Source: Opitutaceae bacterium | GTDB lineage: Bacteria; Verrucomicrobiota; Verrucomicrobiia; Opitutales; Coraliomargaritaceae | Assembly: GCA_051252375.1 (NCBI GenBank) | Contig: JBPOFY010000004.1 | Location: 288,001-352,000, forward strand | Reading direction: 5' to 3' | DNA length: 64,000 nt | Shown: piece by piece, positions 61,651 to 64,000 of the stretch | How positions within the stretch are numbered: position 1 is the first letter of the stretch | Layout of the letters: each line of letters begins with the position of its first letter | Made by a program: the position numbers and the translations under genes | Notes under the pieces: model-generated | The model's database searches: none | The model's input: only the letters and a program-made list of their open reading frames with translations | What the model was told of the DNA's origin: nothing

Positions 61651-63198
61651 ATGCTAGCAGTTACACAATCCGCAGCCCTCGTCGGCGTCGATGCGCATCC
61701 CGTTCAAGTGGAAGTGAATACAGGTGAAGCCGGAGAACTCAAATTTATTTTAGTCGGTCTGCCTGATGCGGCCGTCAAAGAGTCCCAAGACCGTGTTTTC
61801 TCGGCCATGGCGAACAGCGGTTTTCGCACCCCCGCCACTCGCACCACCATCAATCTCGCCCCCGGCAACCTGCGCAAAGAAGGTCCCGCCTACGATTTAC
61901 CCATCGCAGTGGCGATCCTAGCCTCAATGAAAAAGTGCGAAGCCGAGCGCTTAAATGATTACTTCATTGCCGGTGAGCTAAGCCTATCCGGCGAAACGCG
62001 CCCAATCCGTGGAGCCTTAGCCATGGCCCTACTTGCCCGAAAAGAAGGCAAACGCGGACTCATCGTCCCCGCCGAATCGGCTGACGAAGCTGCACTGGTA
62101 AGCGAAATCAACGTCTACCCTGTCAAAAGCCTCGATGAAACCGTCCGTTTCCTTAACGGAGATTTAACCATCGAGCCACTCCCATCAGGGCAAAGTTGCT
62201 TTTACCAAACTCCGCCAGATAGCCAACGACTGGACTTTTCAGAAGTGAAAGGCCAACACGCAGTTCGCCGTGCCGTCGAGATTGCGGTCAGTGGCGGTCA
62301 CAATCTCCTAATGATTGGCTCACCCGGTTCTGGGAAATCCATGATTGCGAAGCGCATCCCCACGATCATGCCGCAACCGGAGATCGACGAATTTTTGGAG
62401 ATTCTTAGCATTCAATCGGCAGCTGGCAGCACACTTTCAAAGGACAACCGCTTTTTCCGGCGCCCGTTTCGCTCACCGCACCATACCATTAGCGATGTCG
62501 GTCTACTCGGCGGTGGCTCGATTCCGGGACCCGGCGAAATCTCACTCGCCCACAATGGCGTGCTTTTCCTAGACGAACTGCCCGAGTTTAAGCGCTCTGC
62601 CCTCGAAGTCCTTCGCCAACCTTTGGAAGATGGAGTTGTCAGCATCTCTCGCAGCGCGGGTAAGATCACCCTGCCCTGCTCCGTCATGCTCGTCGCGGCG
62701 ATGAATCCCTGCCCCTGCGGCTACACCGGCGACAGTTCGCGCGAGTGCCGTTGCAGCGTGCCACAGATTCAACGTTATCGCTCCAAGATCAGCGGACCTT
62801 TACTAGATCGGATCGATCTACACATCGAAGCGCCCTCTTTACGTATCGAAGAACTACGCGACGCCAAGCCCGGCGAAACCTCCGCCACCATGCGGCAACG
62901 CTGCGAACAAGCACGCAGCCGCCAGAAAGAGCGCTTTCAATCAGAAGCCGACCCCTCCAATCGCTGCAATGCCCGTATGTCGCACTCTCAAATCCGCCAA
63001 CATTGCACGATCAACAAAGAACAGGGCGACCTACTGCAACAAGCGATGGAGCAACTAGCCCTCTCTGCACGCGCTTATGATCGCATTTTAAAAGTCGCCC
63101 GCACCATTGCCGACCTCGCCCAATCCGACAACATCGAGACGCCCCACCTACTTGAGGCGATCCAATACCGTAGTTTGGATCGGAATTTATTTTATTAG
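61651..63198 (+). CDS. comM: ComM/YifB Mg-chelatase-like AAA+ ATPase
   Basis: [59 protein letters not shown]. Confidence 0.94.
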   Translation: MLAVTQSAALVGVDAHPVQVEVNTGEAGELKFILVGLPDAAVKESQDRVFSAMANSGFRTPATRTTINLAPGNLRKEGPAYDLPIAVAILASMKKCEAERLNDYFIAGELSLSGETRPIRGALAMALLARKEGKRGLIVPAESADEAALVSEINVYPVKSLDETVRFLNGDLTIEPLPSGQSCFYQTPPDSQRLDFSEVKGQHAVRRAVEIAVSGGHNLLMIGSPGSGKSMIAKRIPTIMPQPEIDEFLEILSIQSAAGSTLSKDNRFFRRPFRSPHHTISDVGLLGGGSIPGPGEISLAHNGVLFLDELPEFKRSALEVLRQPLEDGVVSISRSAGKITLPCSVMLVAAMNPCPCGYTGDSSRECRCSVPQIQRYRSKISGPLLDRIDLHIEAPSLRIEELRDAKPGETSATMRQRCEQARSRQKERFQSEADPSNRCNARMSHSQIRQHCTINKEQGDLLQQAMEQLALSARAYDRILKVARTIADLAQSDNIETPHLLEAIQYRSLDRNLFY

Positions 63199-63258
63199 AT
63201 GCACTTAACGACTTGCACTCCGCTTCTTCACTCCTAAACAATGAATGGACATTACCGA

Positions 63259-63346
<88 letters not shown>

Positions 63347-63359
63347 TTATTACTACCAA

Positions 63360-64000
63360 ATGAAAACCGTTGCTATCATAGAAGACCAAACCGCCATTCG
63401 CGAAATGGTAAGCCAAGCGGTATTATGCCAAGAAGAATTTAATGTCGTCCTCGAAAGCGGCGATGGACTTGAAGGCTGCGAGCGCTGCCTAGAATTGAAG
63501 CCAGACTTCGTCATTCTCGACGTCATGCTACCGAATCTCAACGGCACCGAAGTGCTCCGCCGCTTCACCAAAGACTTACCAGATACTCGCGTATTGATTT
63601 TCTCTGGCTACCAGACACCTAGCCTCGTGCGAGAACTCCTCCAGGCTGGAGCACACGGATTTGTTGAAAAGTCCGCCCCACTTTCCGAGCTCAAAAAAGG
63701 TATCGAAATCGTCTCCAGTGGTGGCAGCTATTTCGGTCCGGAAGTCGCCCAGCTATTACGACATGCGATGGCCGACCCAAAGAGCAGCGACTCAGGCATC
63801 AGCATTCTAACAAAACGTGAACGAGAAATCCTCCAACTCATCGCAGAGAGCAACAGCACACGCGAAATTGCAGCTAAGCTGGAGATCAGCGTGAAGACAG
63901 CCGAGAATCATCGCACGAATTTGATGCGTAAACTCGATCTGCATGATGTGGCTAGTCTCACTCGCTACGCGATCAGCAATGGTTTGATCGCGATGACCAA
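63360..64000 (+). CDS. NarL/LuxR-family response regulator (runs off window)
   Basis: Manual translation: [55 protein letters not shown]. Confidence 0.93.
   Translation, partial: MKTVAIIEDQTAIREMVSQAVLCQEEFNVVLESGDGLEGCERCLELKPDFVILDVMLPNLNGTEVLRRFTKDLPDTRVLIFSGYQTPSLVRELLQAGAHGFVEKSAPLSELKKGIEIVSSGGSYFGPEVAQLLRHAMADPKSSDSGISILTKREREILQLIAESNSTREIAAKLEISVKTAENHRTNLMRKLDLHDVASLTRYAISNGLIAMT

Overview
A gene-dense, mostly housekeeping bacterial chromosome segment (GC roughly 50-55%). Gene content and style suggest a Verrucomicrobiota member of the Opitutia/Puniceicoccales (Coraliomargarita-like) type; this is inference, not a database result. Core genes: ribBA (5' truncated, GTP cyclohydrolase II half degenerate), fabG-acpP-fabF, folD, proC, nadE, hemL, accB-accC, gltB-gltD, carB, purU, eno, three pseudouridine synthases, coaE-rho-pilB-pilT-pilB-pilC, comM, tRNA-Ser(UGA) and a truncated NarL-type regulator. 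No transposase, integrase, prophage, rRNA or CRISPR array was seen. Most notable: (1) a four-helix-bundle (23S-IVP/Avd-like) gene between gltB and gltD, bracketed exactly by inverted arrays of five 7-bp repeats, with a solo copy of the left array after gltD and a gene-less inverted 7-bp array after purU, suggesting an uncharacterised repeat-bounded insertion system; (2) an orphan KASIII-ACP-SDR-hexapeptide acyltransferase cassette divergent from accBC; (3) a Gram-positive-style accB-accC-asp23-amaP operon in a diderm; (4) an apparently exported PD-(D/E)xK-motif protein between REP pairs; (5) an apparently catalytically dead sigma54-activator-like protein; (6) three distinct REP/REPIN-like palindromic elements.
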